From the NCBI GenBank assembly GCA_040954595.2, contig CM082576.2, positions 1,557,403 to 1,621,402 on the forward strand: DNA of 64,000 bases, written 5' to 3'. This DNA comes from Balanoglossus misakiensis (Eukaryota > Animalia > Hemichordata). Position numbers and translations under genes: made by a program. The notes beneath the pieces were generated by a model. It was given only the letters and a program-made list of their open reading frames with translations. It searched no databases and was not told where the DNA came from. Shown here one piece after another: positions 44,401-63,300 of the stretch (position 1 is its first letter; every line of letters begins with the position of its first letter).

Positions 44401-44773
44401 TCATTATCTCTCTTGTGTATATCTCATATTAATTTTTGTTTTCCCCAATTTTGCAGCTGTTTTTCAAGATTTCTGAGTACACATTGACTGGCTGTTTTGT
44501 TGATCAGAAGTCAATACAGATTTATCCCAGCATGAAATCTAGGCTCACTACAGGTTTGTTTACACTTTGAAAACTTTAGCACTTCCTTTTCAATACATAA
44601 TTCACACTCATTATCATCATTGTCATCATCTGATGTGTTCATTTATTACTATTTCTATAATTACCCTTTTCTCTACAGCAAGGGAGCTGATAGCATCTGA
44701 TTGCAAAATATGGAATTCACATGGAGATTCTGTGGTATCATTCCCTCCACCCAAGTATCTGTTGTCACAGTAA
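41488..44773 (+). CDS. AP5M1: AP-5 complex subunit mu-1 (MUDENG)
   Basis: MSVRALWIV...LFTR|TYPTVEKRAK, GKLWPV, YAVPFGTPLD, QPAWKP, VYGNVTCK|AELEGVPDVTV, LRFSPPLENFTLCHY, LPIQGFYQM, YEDPFCVGLNSYA, and C-terminal ELIASDCKIWNSHG. Confidence 0.93.
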
Positions 44774-45250
44774 CATGCCAAAGGAAAGATGGAAATTTTG
44801 TGGAAGTTATTTCTACAGAGTACTATAGAAAGAGCAGTAAAGGAATTGAAGATGACCCAGTTAAGATAACCATGCAAAATCCATCTGTGGAGTACCATTT
44901 CCCTCTCTGAAGAAACAGGACAGCTGATCACTGAAAACAAAGGGAATAAAAGTTGATGACATAAACGTTGAGGGCGTCTGGATAAAATTTGCAGTTCAGT
45001 TAAAATATCTTTTGTTTGCTATCTGTACTTTATTAATAAAGACAAATAAAATGTCCTGCAAATATTGACTTTGTAGACTTTTTTGTTGAATCAGGCTACA
45101 GTCAGTGTGATTCCTGCGCCTGTGAAGTAAAGTCTCTCGAACCCTAATCCGAACCCGAAAATGAATCCGAATCCTAGTCTATCTTCAGGGGCGGTCATTT
45201 CAAAAAAGTTTATTTCATTCAGCTGGCTGGTTCAGTGCAAGTGGAGTGCG

Positions 45251-47265
45251 ATGTCCTCGAAAGGCAGCAAGCTTCCGTTACCCGAAATAGTTACCAATCG
45301 ACCCATGGTAACGCAACCATCAATCCAAGTCCCCAATACGGTAACTAAACCAACACCAAGTTTTCGGAAGGGGTCTACTGCCAGTACTGGTGAGAGCGAG
45401 AACTTGAAGAAGATTGGACGCCGGTTCAAAAAACTGGCCGACACGACATTCGATGGAATAGCCAATGAAACCAACTTTAGAGCAAAGGGAGAACTGAAAA
45501 TGACCAAAGCACGGTAAGTTTCTCTACATCTCTTTATCAGTCTTCACTTTTCGCTGTTAAAGTTGGGTGCATTGTGTCAACGTTACGTGCCAATGGTGAT
45601 GTCATCACTACAGTAGTGTAAATTTATTTGCATCAATTATCAGATTAACTCCAATGGAACTAAATGCAGAGCTGGAAAAGCTAAAAGGAGAACTGCAGTG
45701 CCGCAATGAAGAAATGCATAAACTCACCAGCTTCAAGGAGAAGTACCCTAAGGAAAAAGTAAGCGTTAAATTCATCCACTCAAAATTCTGAAAGGTTTAT
45801 AGGTGGCACATTTCAGTCTATGCAAGTCTTATAACTGACCAATCAATCTGTGTTATCTGTCCTTCAGGAGAAAAGCATAGAACATACCAAAGAAATAGAA
45901 GATTTGGAGAATGGGACAAAAAAGTTGGAACAGCATGCAGGTATGAACTCAGGAAATAGCGTATGGTACCTGTTTAGTATGAAATGTATTATAACTTGCA
46001 GCAACTACTGAAACTATGTTAATTCTTTGATTCTACAGAGGAAGTGACACTTGAAGCTTCGCATCAGAGGGACAAAAGACGGGAACTTGAGAGAAGAATG
46101 TAAATTTACTTTTAATATATTGTAACAGATAGTTGAGACATTAGTGTGACACTTGTTCATTATCAGTTGGAATGGCTCAGTCTTGGTGACATGCAGTTTT
46201 GTTGGTACTTTCTTATACACAGTAAAGTGTATTTGTGTGGTGTGTCATGGATATCAACATACTCCATAAACATAATTGATTTTTTGTGTTTTCTTTAATA
46301 CTTCATATCTTTCAGAGATATGTACAGAGAGAAATTGCAGTCTCTTCATATTGATCCAGGTACATGATTAATTGTTCTAATGTCAGTTTATGGCAGAAAT
46401 TCTCAGAATGTGTATAGCTGATTTAAATTTAAGTTGCATGCTAATTTGATGTATCACTTCTGATCAAGTGGGAGCACAGTGTCATTGAAACTATTTTTCC
46501 GAGAGGTCTGGAGTTCATGGTGTCGCTGCACAAACCATAGCATAGCAATATATTGTAATGGTGTGTTATTCTGACTACTGCTCTTACCCTAGATCATGTA
46601 CTTGAAGAAGAGGCCAAACTTGAAGCTTTCCTGGTAATGTGCATTATTCTATATTATGCTCAATTATTTTAATCAGTCACGATGACAGTCACAAATTACT
46701 AGTAGTCCAGTGTAATGATCAGTGATATTTATTTAGATATTTTTAAGTATGTTGGTAGGTTGATGTGTGTAACAGTACTTGTATAACTTTAATTCACAGC
46801 TTGAAGGTAAAGCTATAGATGTGGATGATCATACCAAAACAGCAGAATGCAATATTAAGATGATTAATGTAAGTTTCTGACAAAATATGGTTTTAATTGT
46901 TCATTCACACACTGGCACATTTATTGCTAACTATATAAAGAGAATTTTTGAATATTAAATATGTTTGGTGTCAGACAGTTACCATGGATTTTGCCCACCC
47001 ACAATTCTCTCAAAAATAATATGATTCAATTCTGTTTAAAAAAATAGTGTTGATCCAACAATTTGCAGTTTTCATAGTATGTTTCTGAAATTAGATTATT
47101 TAAAACATGGTTGTGTTGCAAAATGGGAATGTGATGGACAGAGTAACTTGCCAACAATCACATACATGGACACATTCATGTATGCATTCCAGTTTTGACA
47201 CTTTTTCTATAATGTCATTTCAGGAGATGAATGAATGGATTCTCACTGCCATAGAAGAGCTGTGA
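45251..47265 (+). CDS. Small coiled-coil protein, tandem paralog A (possibly KNSTRN/SKAP-like), 8 exons
   Basis: All exons join in frame: MSSKGSKLPLP...KMTKAR|LTPMELNAELEKLKGELQCRNEE...|...ELERRI|DMYREKLQSLHIDP|DHVLEEEAKLEAFL|...|EMNEWILTAIEEL*. The basic disordered N-terminus is followed by a coiled coil. The family name is only a resemblance. Confidence 0.75.
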
Positions 47266-48087
47266 GAATATATCTGCAATTGGAGACAGTCTATTTAAAA
47301 CTTTGAAACACATTACTATTTTTATATATATTATTGTTTATATTTTTTGGAAAACTGAAATGTTATTTTGTTAGAAGATGCAGATAATATCTGCATACAT
47401 AATAAAACAGGTTTCATCAATATTTGTTAGCTTGTTGCTAGGGTGATTGGAGTGATGGCATTGGCCAGTTTGATTTATTGGCCAGAACGTGGAAATAACT
47501 GAAGTCCAGACGAACATTCATCATAGCGAAAAACTAAGATTTGTTAAGGATGAGGTTGCTAGTTGATTATTTCCTGCTAAATATGCTAATTTTCCTGTTA
47601 CCAAACTGTTGAATATACCCTAACCGTAACCCTAACATGTCAACAAACAAACGTGACCATTTTTATAAACAAACAGACAGAAAAAACACACACACACACT
47701 AAAACACAGTGCCTATATCAATTTCCAGAATGACTTCCATTGATCACCCCACTACCGTTACGCGCGGCCGCCCCCGTTTCATAATGATTTGATCGGGTCA
47801 AATATGGTCAGATACGACAGATTGTATATTTCACTGTAGCCCAATCTATTTCTTTACATAAAATATTTTTTTTTAAACTGACTACATGTGTACATGTTCT
47901 AATGCCTCTGTCATATGAGAGTGTCCCATATCGAAAAAACAACAACCATATTTGGAGTTGCTTCATTAGCATAAGTACAGTTGGATAAAGGAGGGCGGTC
48001 AGTTCAAATTATTTTGTGTTGACAGTGTAGTGGCCGTGGTTCAACCTGAAGAAGAAGAAGATCGAACAGTGGACTTCGTTGAATGCG

Positions 48088-50002
48088 ATGTCCACGAAAG
48101 GCAGCTCACGTGGAAGAAATCCGTCCACCACCTCTTCGAGTGATGCCGTTGGTAGCAAAAGCAGACGACCTCCTCAGGTTATGCGACCATCTAATCAAGT
48201 CACAGATTCTCGACGCAGACCATACTTTCCAAAGGAATCTAATGTCGAGAACAAGAAGACGGGACTACGTAAAGCCCAAGCACTGAAAACGACCAAAACA
48301 CGGTAAGAATGAGAAGGAATAGTCGCTGAGACACCTCTACTATCGGAATCGACACTGTTTTCCACAGGCGCCTGTGCTGTTTTCTGTAGCTGTGGTAACG
48401 CAGCTGTACTGGGGGGGGGGGGGGCAGGAAGTTTGGTACAAGGCCTCATTTTGGTGTTATCATTGATATTAATTGATATAAATTGCATATGTATTAAACA
48501 GGTTAACTCCAATGGAAATGAAAGTAGAGATGAAAAATCTACAAACTGAACTTCAGTGCCGCAATGAGGACATTAAATATCTTATCAGCTTCAAGGAGAT
48601 GTACCTTAGGGAAAAAGTAAGTGCTTGGATAATATGTTCTGGTAATCTGTTCCAATTGGAAATAATACGTTGAGAAAAGAAATACAGCCCCCCCCCCCCC
48701 TATACAGATGATGATTTTTCCAATAGTTCATCGAAGTTCCCCTTGAATCTGTGATCTTTGAGTTATTCTCATGATGTGTTACAGTGCACTGTGTTATCTG
48801 TCCTGTAGGAGAAAACCAAAGAACAGTCTGAGGAAATAAAAGATTTGAAGAATGGGATAATAAAGTTGGAACAGCATGCAGGTATGAATGAGACACATTG
48901 ACTTGTTAGCAGAACAGATCTGTCCTTCCTTTGTTAATATGAGTCTGGATATACTCAAAAAATGTGGCTTTACTGGCAAAGAAATTGATCTATCCGTGTT
49001 AAGGCCAAAACAATTAAATGTGTGGTTCTGATAATCCATCACTTGCTGTAACTGTGAATTCTTTGTTTGACTCTTTACAGAAAATATGATACTTGAAGCT
49101 AGACGAGAAGAAGACGAAATACAAGAACTTGAGAAGAGAATGTAATATATGCTATTTTGGCTACACTACACTTTCCTAGCCTGTATATGTATCATTTACA
49201 TCAACATACTTTTGACATTTATCGTCCATAAACATGTGATTAAATGTTTGTTCATACTTGTTACCTTTCAGAGATATATACAGAAAGAAATTACAGTCTC
49301 TTCATATTGATCCAGGTACATGACAGTTATTCTATTTGTATGCTTTTGTCTTTAGAGTCATACGTATTGGGGTAAGAGTTTGTGCAACACCCATTTCAGT
49401 GGTCCTTTTTTTTTGTTTATGCCAAAACAATTTTTGTTCTGATAGGTCTGGAGTACATTGTGTCACTGCACAAACCTCAACATAGAAATTTTCTTTTCTG
49501 ACTACTTGCAGTTACCCTTGATGAACTTTATACTTCTGAGGATGAGGCTGAACTTGAAAGAAAGAAACAAGCTATCCAGGTAAGTGCATTGATTTAATAA
49601 TGCTCATAAAATGTCCAGAACAATTATTTTAACGGTTGTGATGACAATCACAAAGTAGTTTCACTTTAATAATGATCAGAACATGATTACACATGTGTAT
49701 TGAGATATCGGAGAATGTTGGTATACATAGTGTGCAGTCTAGGAATCCTGTAAAATGTTTATCTTTGATTCACAGCTTGAAGCTGAAGCTTCCATAGATA
49801 TGATGGATGATCATATCGAAACAGCAGAATGCAATATTGAGATGATTAATGTAAGTTTTTGACAAGACATGATTTGATTTGTTCATTCTCATTGCCAACA
49901 ATTTGAAGGAAAGATTTGAAATTGTGTTACATCCAGTTTAACACTGTTTTTCCACTGTCATTTCAGGAAATGAATGAATGGATTCTGGCTGCCATAGAAT
50001 AG
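48088..50002 (+). CDS. Small coiled-coil protein, tandem paralog B (possibly KNSTRN/SKAP-like), 8 exons
   Basis: Same exon/phase structure as paralog A: MSTKGSSRG...KTTKTR|LTPMEMKVEMKNLQTELQCRNED...|DIYRKKLQSLHIDP|VTLDEL...|EMNEWILAAIE*. Introns and 3' UTR also align with copy A. Confidence 0.75.
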
Positions 50003-50443
50003 CTGTATTTCTGCAATTATAGGACTGGAAAAATTCCACAAAACATTATTAAAACATAAATACTATTTTGATATATATAGTTGTTTATATTTTTTGAAAA
50101 CTGAAATGTTATTTTGTTTGAAGATGCAGATATCTGCATAAATAATATAATAGGTTTCATCCAGATCTATTGCTTGGCTTATTTAAAGCATGATTACAGT
50201 GAGCGTGTTTAGTTTGGTGTGATCACATTGGTGATAATTAACTCAACAAATGAATGGAATGTAGCAAAATATAAGAATGGTAACACCACTATATGTACAT
50301 ACATTGTAGCTAAGCAACTGGTGGGGCGTGGGCAAGTGAGGGCGCTACGTGACTTTCTTTCAGCAAGTTAGGGGATGCGCTAATGACCTCTGACATGACC
50401 ACTCGACAAGCCAGCTGCGCTGCGGTCCTTCGCGATCTCGACG

Positions 50444-52789
<2,346 letters not shown>

Positions 52790-53456
52790 CACATCATGTG
52801 AACAACCAGTGAGCCATTTGTGACCCTCTCCATGGCAACAATCCAAGGAATCGGATGTAGTCTGTCACCGTCTACATGGTTCTTCCAGTCAGTGACAGAG
52901 GGCACATGATCAAAGTTGCAAACTATTGTTGCTGTCAATGTTCTTTCAAGCTGACAGTATACTATGTGCCATGGTCAGACGATTCTTACACAACAATGGC
53001 ATTCTATGTTATGTATTGGGTCAAAGCCCCATGCACCAGTCTTTCAGAACTGCAAGAACTGCTTCGTGCTGGGTGTTGCAAAACATAGGATGTCGTGTCG
53101 TATTTTGCCTGAAAACGGTAACTACTCTTGATTGATAATAAACACAAGTGGAAGGCATAAATAAATCCAAAGTTAAGCATCAACTTTTATTTCATTATTA
53201 AATGTACTGGGAAATAAATTACACATTCTTTTTTTTATTGCAAAAATGCATTTCTTGATGAAATAAAGGTCTGCTTGTCTGTTCCAAACTGTCCGACTTT
53301 CCTAACATTCCATACGATTCAGTAGGAAAGTTTTATGTATGAGAATAAATAAAATTAATTCCGGACAAAAATGTGTTGACATTGTCCAATTGTTTATCTG
53401 CCTCGGACTGGTATGCTTAATATTCTATTATTTACAAGTAGTCAAATCCATATGAC

Positions 53457-54848
53457 TCATGTAGAGGCCGACTTCTTATCTGTTCCCATATCTGGGATGT
53501 AGGATGTCGTGTGATTCACTGTTTCCAGTTTAATATCATCTCTAATAACATCTTTAACTCTCCTCTGAGCAAGTCTCTTCTTAGCTCTGTCATATCTGCA
53601 GTATACCCTGATGAAACAAACAAAAGCAGGAATCTCAAAACTGACAGGTAACAATCTATAACATGTACTGCTAGTGTCACTACATAGTATGAACAAATCC
53701 AGGATGTTGTTACAGCTCTCTCTTGAGCAATGAATACATCAAATGATTTTTCTTATGTAAGGTTGGGTGCATGGTTTTTATAAAGAAAACAGTTTAGCAA
53801 AAAAAGAGATCAGAATCAGTTCAACTTTCTCTTACCATGTTCCAAGAGTAATGGTTGCAAATGAAAAGACTGCAATATCAGCAGATCTTTTGACTCGACC
53901 TGATGAAAAATAAATATAAAAGTTAGAATTATATACACATTAATTTTAATTTACATGTTCAAGCCCCTGGTCTTGAACCAACAGAACTAGATCACTTTAT
54001 ATTAACCCGATTGTAAATGTCTGATGCTAAATTTTATAAAATTCATATGGCATTAGTAGGGATGGAATGTAGCATATTTTGTTTCAATGATTGGCCGTAC
54101 TAGAAAATAGTGTGGTGAAATGAAACTTCATTATGACTTAGCTGCCCTGGTAAATCAGAACGTTTGGCAGGGTATACTTACTAGAATACATGAAATGTGC
54201 AAGCCCCAAAGTAAAACCACCTCCAATACCAGTCAGAAAGGCTGTTCGAGTGCATGGTGTTCTAAAAACAAAAAATCTCTGAAAGAAGAAAATGAACCAC
54301 TGGATTATTATTTTGACATAGCAAAGTTAAAAACATACAACAATGGGGAGAACCTGGTTATGGACACCAGGTACAACATGTATCGCTACTTAGTAGTGGT
54401 TCAAGATGACCCTATTGTCATTTTTTTCTAATTTTGATGTCATATTCTGGCTTGCCCAGTCTGGTGCAAAGGTGAAGCGCCCTCTAGCACTACAGTGCTG
54501 CCCTTGTATGTGTGAGTTGCATGTGAATGCAGGTGTGAATGGGAATAGCAGTTATGTAAACAATGTATTGTCAACTGAGGACAGTCAGTCTTGCACCATG
54601 GCACCTGTAGTAGTGCATGGGCAAGATCCCTGTGGATTCACATCCCTTGCTGCAGTCATATACATTACTCGCGGGTTTGTCAGATCACAGTCACTTGAGC
54701 ACTGTGTTGGGCTCAGAGTCCAAATCCAAATCTGCTCAACAAAATTATTTACACCATGATCATATTATGTGAAATCATAAGTCATGCCGACATAAACACA
54801 CAAATATCATACCTCTTCGTTCCTACCATCGATTTCCGTTTCTGCCAT
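53457..54848 (-). CDS. COX20: Cytochrome c oxidase assembly factor COX20 (FAM36A), 4 exons
   Basis: MAETEIDGRNEE|RFFVFRTPCTRTAFLTGIGGGFTLGLAHFMYS|SRVKRSADIAVFSFATITLGTW|VYCRYDRAKKR...* matches the COX20 pattern PC.R...G......HF..TS....S.D.......TLG.W..CRY. Confidence 0.88.
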
Positions 54849-55296
54849 ATTTATTCTCTGCTAATCTTGGCTGTACGGTGTCAAGTGTTACATGTAAATC
54901 AAGAACCAACGCAGCTGCGCGTTGCACATGGTCTTGTTACGTACGTGTGATGTGCAGCTTGTAACCGCCTCACGCAAAATGATGTGGCGTCCTCTCTAAA
55001 GTAGTCCGAACATGAAAACGAGATTTTAGAAGGTTGAACCATAAAGCGTTCACATCCAAAGTGCGTGATTTTATGAGTTAATTAATACTGGAGATAACAT
55101 AAAAATTCTACACGGCAGAAATTCAATACAAGTTACTCTATATATGTAACGCGGACTGATTGAATGTCTGTAAATGTGTAGTTAGGCGCCAGCCGGACTT
55201 GTTCAGGGTTCATCGCTGGGCAGACGACGTTGATTGTGGAAGCTCTCCAAACGTGTCAGATTTGAAGAACAATTGCACGTATTTCATATTGTTAAA
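54849..55296. promoter_or_regulatory. Probable bidirectional promoter between COX20 and MDH1
   Basis: About 450 bp, CpG-richer, between divergent start codons. Confidence 0.45.
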
Positions 55297-58350
<3,054 letters not shown>

Positions 58351-58489
58351 ATTATCCAAATGATGTCATCCGAGTGCCATTTCATGTACAGCCAGCAAAG
58401 CTTGCATTTAGTGATGTTAGTTTTATAGAAAGATTGAAGCATGTAATAACTGTGTGGTGGTTGGACCAGCAAGAATTTTAATACAACTA

Positions 58490-59431
58490 CCGTATATTCT
58501 CACAAATAAGCGCCACCCTTGATTAGGCGCCAGTGATACCTGACTTTGCTACTTTTTACTTAAAATTAAGCGCCAGGAATTTTTTTTTTTTTTTTTGAGG
58601 TGTGGACGTACGTGAATCATGGCAAGTACTACCGGGGTAACACCTGTTTAGAGGTCTTGTCAAAATCAACGGGGGCTTGCTGCGTGAATAACAATTGACC
58701 TGAGCAGACAATGCATGCTTTGGGCTGATGTGCTATTTATTTACAAGATGAAATCGGGCACATGTCAACCTCCTAATTTATGTAAATTATTATTCACTGC
58801 AAAAGACACAGGTGCCGGGCGTCTAGACACTCGTCTTTTTCCTGTCGATCGATCGGCAGCCGCTTACGTTACCGGCACTACCACCCAAGTTTGACCATAT
58901 GGCCAGGGCTTTGAAATAATAGGACTAGTTTCAAGTTGTGAATGTTTGCGGTATTAATTTTCTCATGAATATTCACGCAACGTGAGTATTCACGCAACCT
59001 TGCCTGACCTTACATGTGTGAGAGCATGACAAAGACGCACTTGGACTAAACCACTATACGTCAGTAGATTTTGTTGATGGTTCAGCCAGCATACTGTAAT
59101 GCTGCTCGTAGTATTCACTTCGTTGACAACTTTTTATTTCTGGAATATTTATTAGACAATACATTGAACTGACTGTATTCGAATAGAAAATGTTAAAACT
59201 TTACATATGAATTCGAAACAGCCATTCATTGATTGCGGACACCCCCTTACGAGAACACTGATTGGAACGTCCCAAATCATTTGCATATGAATCAACAGGG
59301 TACAGTACAGTATACAGGGCGACCCATGAATAAGCGCCACCGATTCTTGAAAGACTCATTTTTGCCTTTGTTTAGGCGCCACCAAAATTTGAAATGGTTA
59401 AAAAGTGGCGCTTATTTGTGAGAATATACGG
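58490..59431. mobile_element. Non-autonomous Tc1/mariner-superfamily (pogo/Tigger-type) DNA transposon, 942 bp
   Basis: Perfect 27-bp TIRs CCGTATATTCTCACAAATAAGCGCCAC / GTGGCGCTTATTTGTGAGAATATACGG flanked by TA on both sides (58488-58489, 59432-59433). No transposase ORF. Confidence 0.9.
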
Positions 59432-60323
59432 TATTATGTATCATTGAGTTTGTGTTCTGTAATGAGAAACATGGCAATTTAAAAATGTCATCGAACTTCT
59501 AGCAGTGGCTATTATTTTTGTTTGTATGCTTTAGGATCAACGGACCAACTGTCTTTGTGTGGAATGTTAACTGAAGTTTTATTACCAGTAGTTTGGAAAT
59601 TAAACTATAGTATTGAGGAGCCTGTGTGGGTTTGCATTGAACTAGTACTGGAGAACAACATGTGTGTACATGTATTTTTGTTGTAGTCAATATTGTAACA
59701 TCCTATTCCATCCCAGTCAAAATTACAATCATGGTTTTTGCTGATAACACTGAAATAAACTGCACAGAAATTAATACCAGGTTTGTGATAGTTATTTTAT
59801 GTAGCAAGGTTTGAGAACTATGAATACCCATCCAGGTCAGAACTTGAACAAATGACATATCAAAATAGCTTCATGCCCTCTCCCCTGACGAAGAGATTCC
59901 GTTTACCATATTTCAATGCTGTCAAAAACAAGACTAATGGTTGACACCGATGAGACTTGAGGCTCTTTGACCGTCGTCTGCAATCGACAGCCAGTTCCAT
60001 CCAAGAAACTTCAGTTCTGTGGGGGAAAACAGACGTAACAGTCGCAATTAAATTACTGCCACATTGAAGCGCTGGGGGCGCTGTGCAAGTTGACCTAACT
60101 TGACTCTCCAACTGAATGACCCTTGACCGGCGCCTGGACTGCTGAATTGTTTGTCGCGGTTTGATTACTAATATTTGTCCTGGTGAGGTCTTAGCGTTTG
60201 GTCTGAACAGGAAAAATACAAATCTACGATTTTATTTTATTATTTTTATCTGCAAAGACAGCGTAAGGCAAGTCACTCACCTACGTGCACAAACGACGAA
60301 ACGTGAGTTGAAGGAGTTCGAAG

Positions 60324-63300
60324 ATGGCGGACGTTACGATTGTTGATAAAGCCGAGGTAAGAAAATTATAAAAGCGAAAGTGCGAGACGTATCGTTTGAT
60401 GGATCACAGTCGGACTGTGGATGGATACTCGTTTCCTCTGAAGTATTGTACACTGATTTGTGCAAACGTTAATGTTTGCATTTGATAAGCTTTATCGCAA
60501 ACGTTTAAAGTCCAGGCCAGGCCTGGTCTGTAATCAATTTCAAGTACACATCATTTTTTATTTTCTGTGATAACGGAATGACTATTGTCCTAGAATACAA
60601 TAGCGGGTCAGATCAGGTCACAATTTACATTTTATGAAATGCAACATGTACTGCCAGTGCCACTCTCTTCCCCGTGCTCTCTACTGCGTGACACGACGGC
60701 AGCGACGGTGTCCTTGGGACGTACCTGGTCACAAGGTTGAAGCTGAAAGTGCTTGCCTTTGTCACTCAGGCTTGAAAGAGCTATGCATTCGGGTGTATTG
60801 ATGGATAATATACTATGGCAGCAATATCCGGTTTGTATGTTGCTGTTACTTTATGTATGAATACTAGTAAATCATTTTAGCTGCAGTTCAGTAGCTCAAT
60901 GTTTGCCCTCTAATACACAAAGCAAGACAAAACCTCCAGCTTCTGAACTGCATCTATTCATTTTTATGCTAGTATATTTTAAACATCCGTAAGATGACAA
61001 CCACACACCATTCTACATACTGCGTCCCTGTGTGGGGCCATACTGTAACTTTAATAACCAGAAATATTCAGACTTCAATGCAGATCATCACTTTGTCCTT
61101 GTTCATTTTTCTGAATGTATCATCTTAATTATTATCAACTGACCTACATTTGATTTTTTAAATATTGCCCGTCTGTTATAGACTACATGTAGTATATAAC
61201 ATCGTGATTAGGTCATCTTTTCTTGCTTGCCTCCAACATTGCCATATCAAATTGCCCCACAGTCTCGTGAATGTTTGACCTCTCCACACATCCTCTGGTA
61301 TGATTTATAAGCATATGCAAATATAGTGCCATGATGATGAAATTAACTACACCTACCGGTATTTGATTATTAGTCATTCAATCTCCTTTCAAAACTGGAA
61401 TTTTCACATGGTTCTTGAAAACATGTATAGCTGGGTTCTCAAACTAAACAAAAGGAGTTGTATTATCAACTATGATGGCGCACTACTTTCGCTGAAGGGA
61501 TGCAGCTCTTGATTCATTCTGTTTCATACCATCTCTTTATCTCTTTAATTAACTCTTGAGTAGACAGGCCAGCATTTTGATAATATTACATAATCATGAT
61601 AATAGTCTAAACTGATGATGAATGGGATATTTTATCTGAATTTGCATACAATTGCTGTCAGTTGTGACAATGTAACAGGTTGGGCGACCAATCAAGTACT
61701 GTTACATCAACTGCATTCAAATTTTTTTGGTTATCAGTATATTGATACATTGTATCACAACTTTGTAACAATCTGAGAACATTGGGTCAGTCATTATCCA
61801 GGGTTCAACTTTGCAATTGATTGCCCACGTGTATCTCTTGTAAAAATAGGGTTGATTGATATTGAGATCAAAATTTGAGTAGGTAACCACTCCAGGGAGT
61901 AATGCTTGCTGTGAATGAGATATCCTTTCCCCTACAAGTGGTGTGACCATGATTCACCCAATGACCTTCCAGATCACGATTCAAGGTCAAAGTGATGATA
62001 AGAACTTGATACAAAGAATTCAAATATCTATTTTTGTATTTTGAAAAGAAAGTTAAATGTACAAAAATACATTCAATGCACTTCTTTCCAGTAAAAATAT
62101 CTGGACACACGTCATCTAAATGCACAGCTTGCTTGTTATCTCGTTCTGCCATGGTGGGAGTTTGTATTCTCAGAATAAACTGAACTGACAAGACTGATTT
62201 GCATATCAATACTATTGCAGTAGTAAATTTTTGAATAGATAAATTGCAGGATTGTTACTTACGTTGATATGTGATGTATTTTCACGTGGTTGGTTTGCCA
62301 GTAAATATGTAGATTGATGACCAGTCTGTAGTTACACACTCACTAGGAACATATCCTGTGAAACTTTCTATAATATTTGATGTATTTCGCTTTGGGGGAA
62401 GGTAGTCTATATGTACGTAGGATTTAGGTGGGAATTTTTCTACATTTCATTGGTTTAAAGAGTACCTCGTGTGCTGTGATGTAAAAAAAAATCAAATTTT
62501 CTGAATGGCTGAGTGTATGCGTGCAACAGCTGACACAGGATTAAAGTTTGTCACATGGAAAGAGATTATGCATAGTGGGTTTGACATAATGTAAAAAAAA
62601 TGTTGATATGAGGATGCTGTCATAAAATTTGTAACAGTGTGAGAGAAGACTTGGCCTACAACTGGTATCAACAACATCAGACAAGATGAGTTCCGTTTCT
62701 CTGATTGATATGATTACAAACGTAGGTTCTCTACCATATTTCTGAATTTTGACATGTTTTCATCCTCATGTTTTGATATACTACCTTTAGTAAGTACGTA
62801 TATCTACACTGTTGTGTATACATGTACTGACAAGCCATGATTTTTCACTGATTTTTAATTGATGTCTACTTGGGTGCAAAACTGTCATACACATATACAT
62901 GTATTGAACATGTATTGTGTTGTTTTCACTTGTTTGCAATGGCCAGGCTTTATTTTGCTTAGATTCATTTTAATAAGGATTTCCATTATATTGTAGTTAA
63001 ATTGCTGTCCAGATTTTAAATGTGCAATTTCACAGACATGGCTAGTTTGTAGAGGGACAGTAGCTTTACCTAAATGTTTTTGGTACTTCATTTCTTTTTA
63101 TTGAGACAGTACCGTAATGTCTTTGGAACGCTGTGTTGAAAAATCCAGTATTAGACGTGTCAAACACAATCTGTATACAAGAGATAGTGTATAATTGTTG
63201 ACAGATTGATACTATCTGTACAGTGTATACTATATGACGTGCAAGCTGTGTTGAAAAGCACTTCATGCATATTCAAAAATAGGTTAAATGTACATTGGCA

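Noticed and set aside
54406-54759. 117-aa plus-strand ORF and an opposite-strand open stretch inside COX20 intron 1
   Set aside because: No recognisable motifs or supporting exon structure; probably chance ORFs or repeat sequence.
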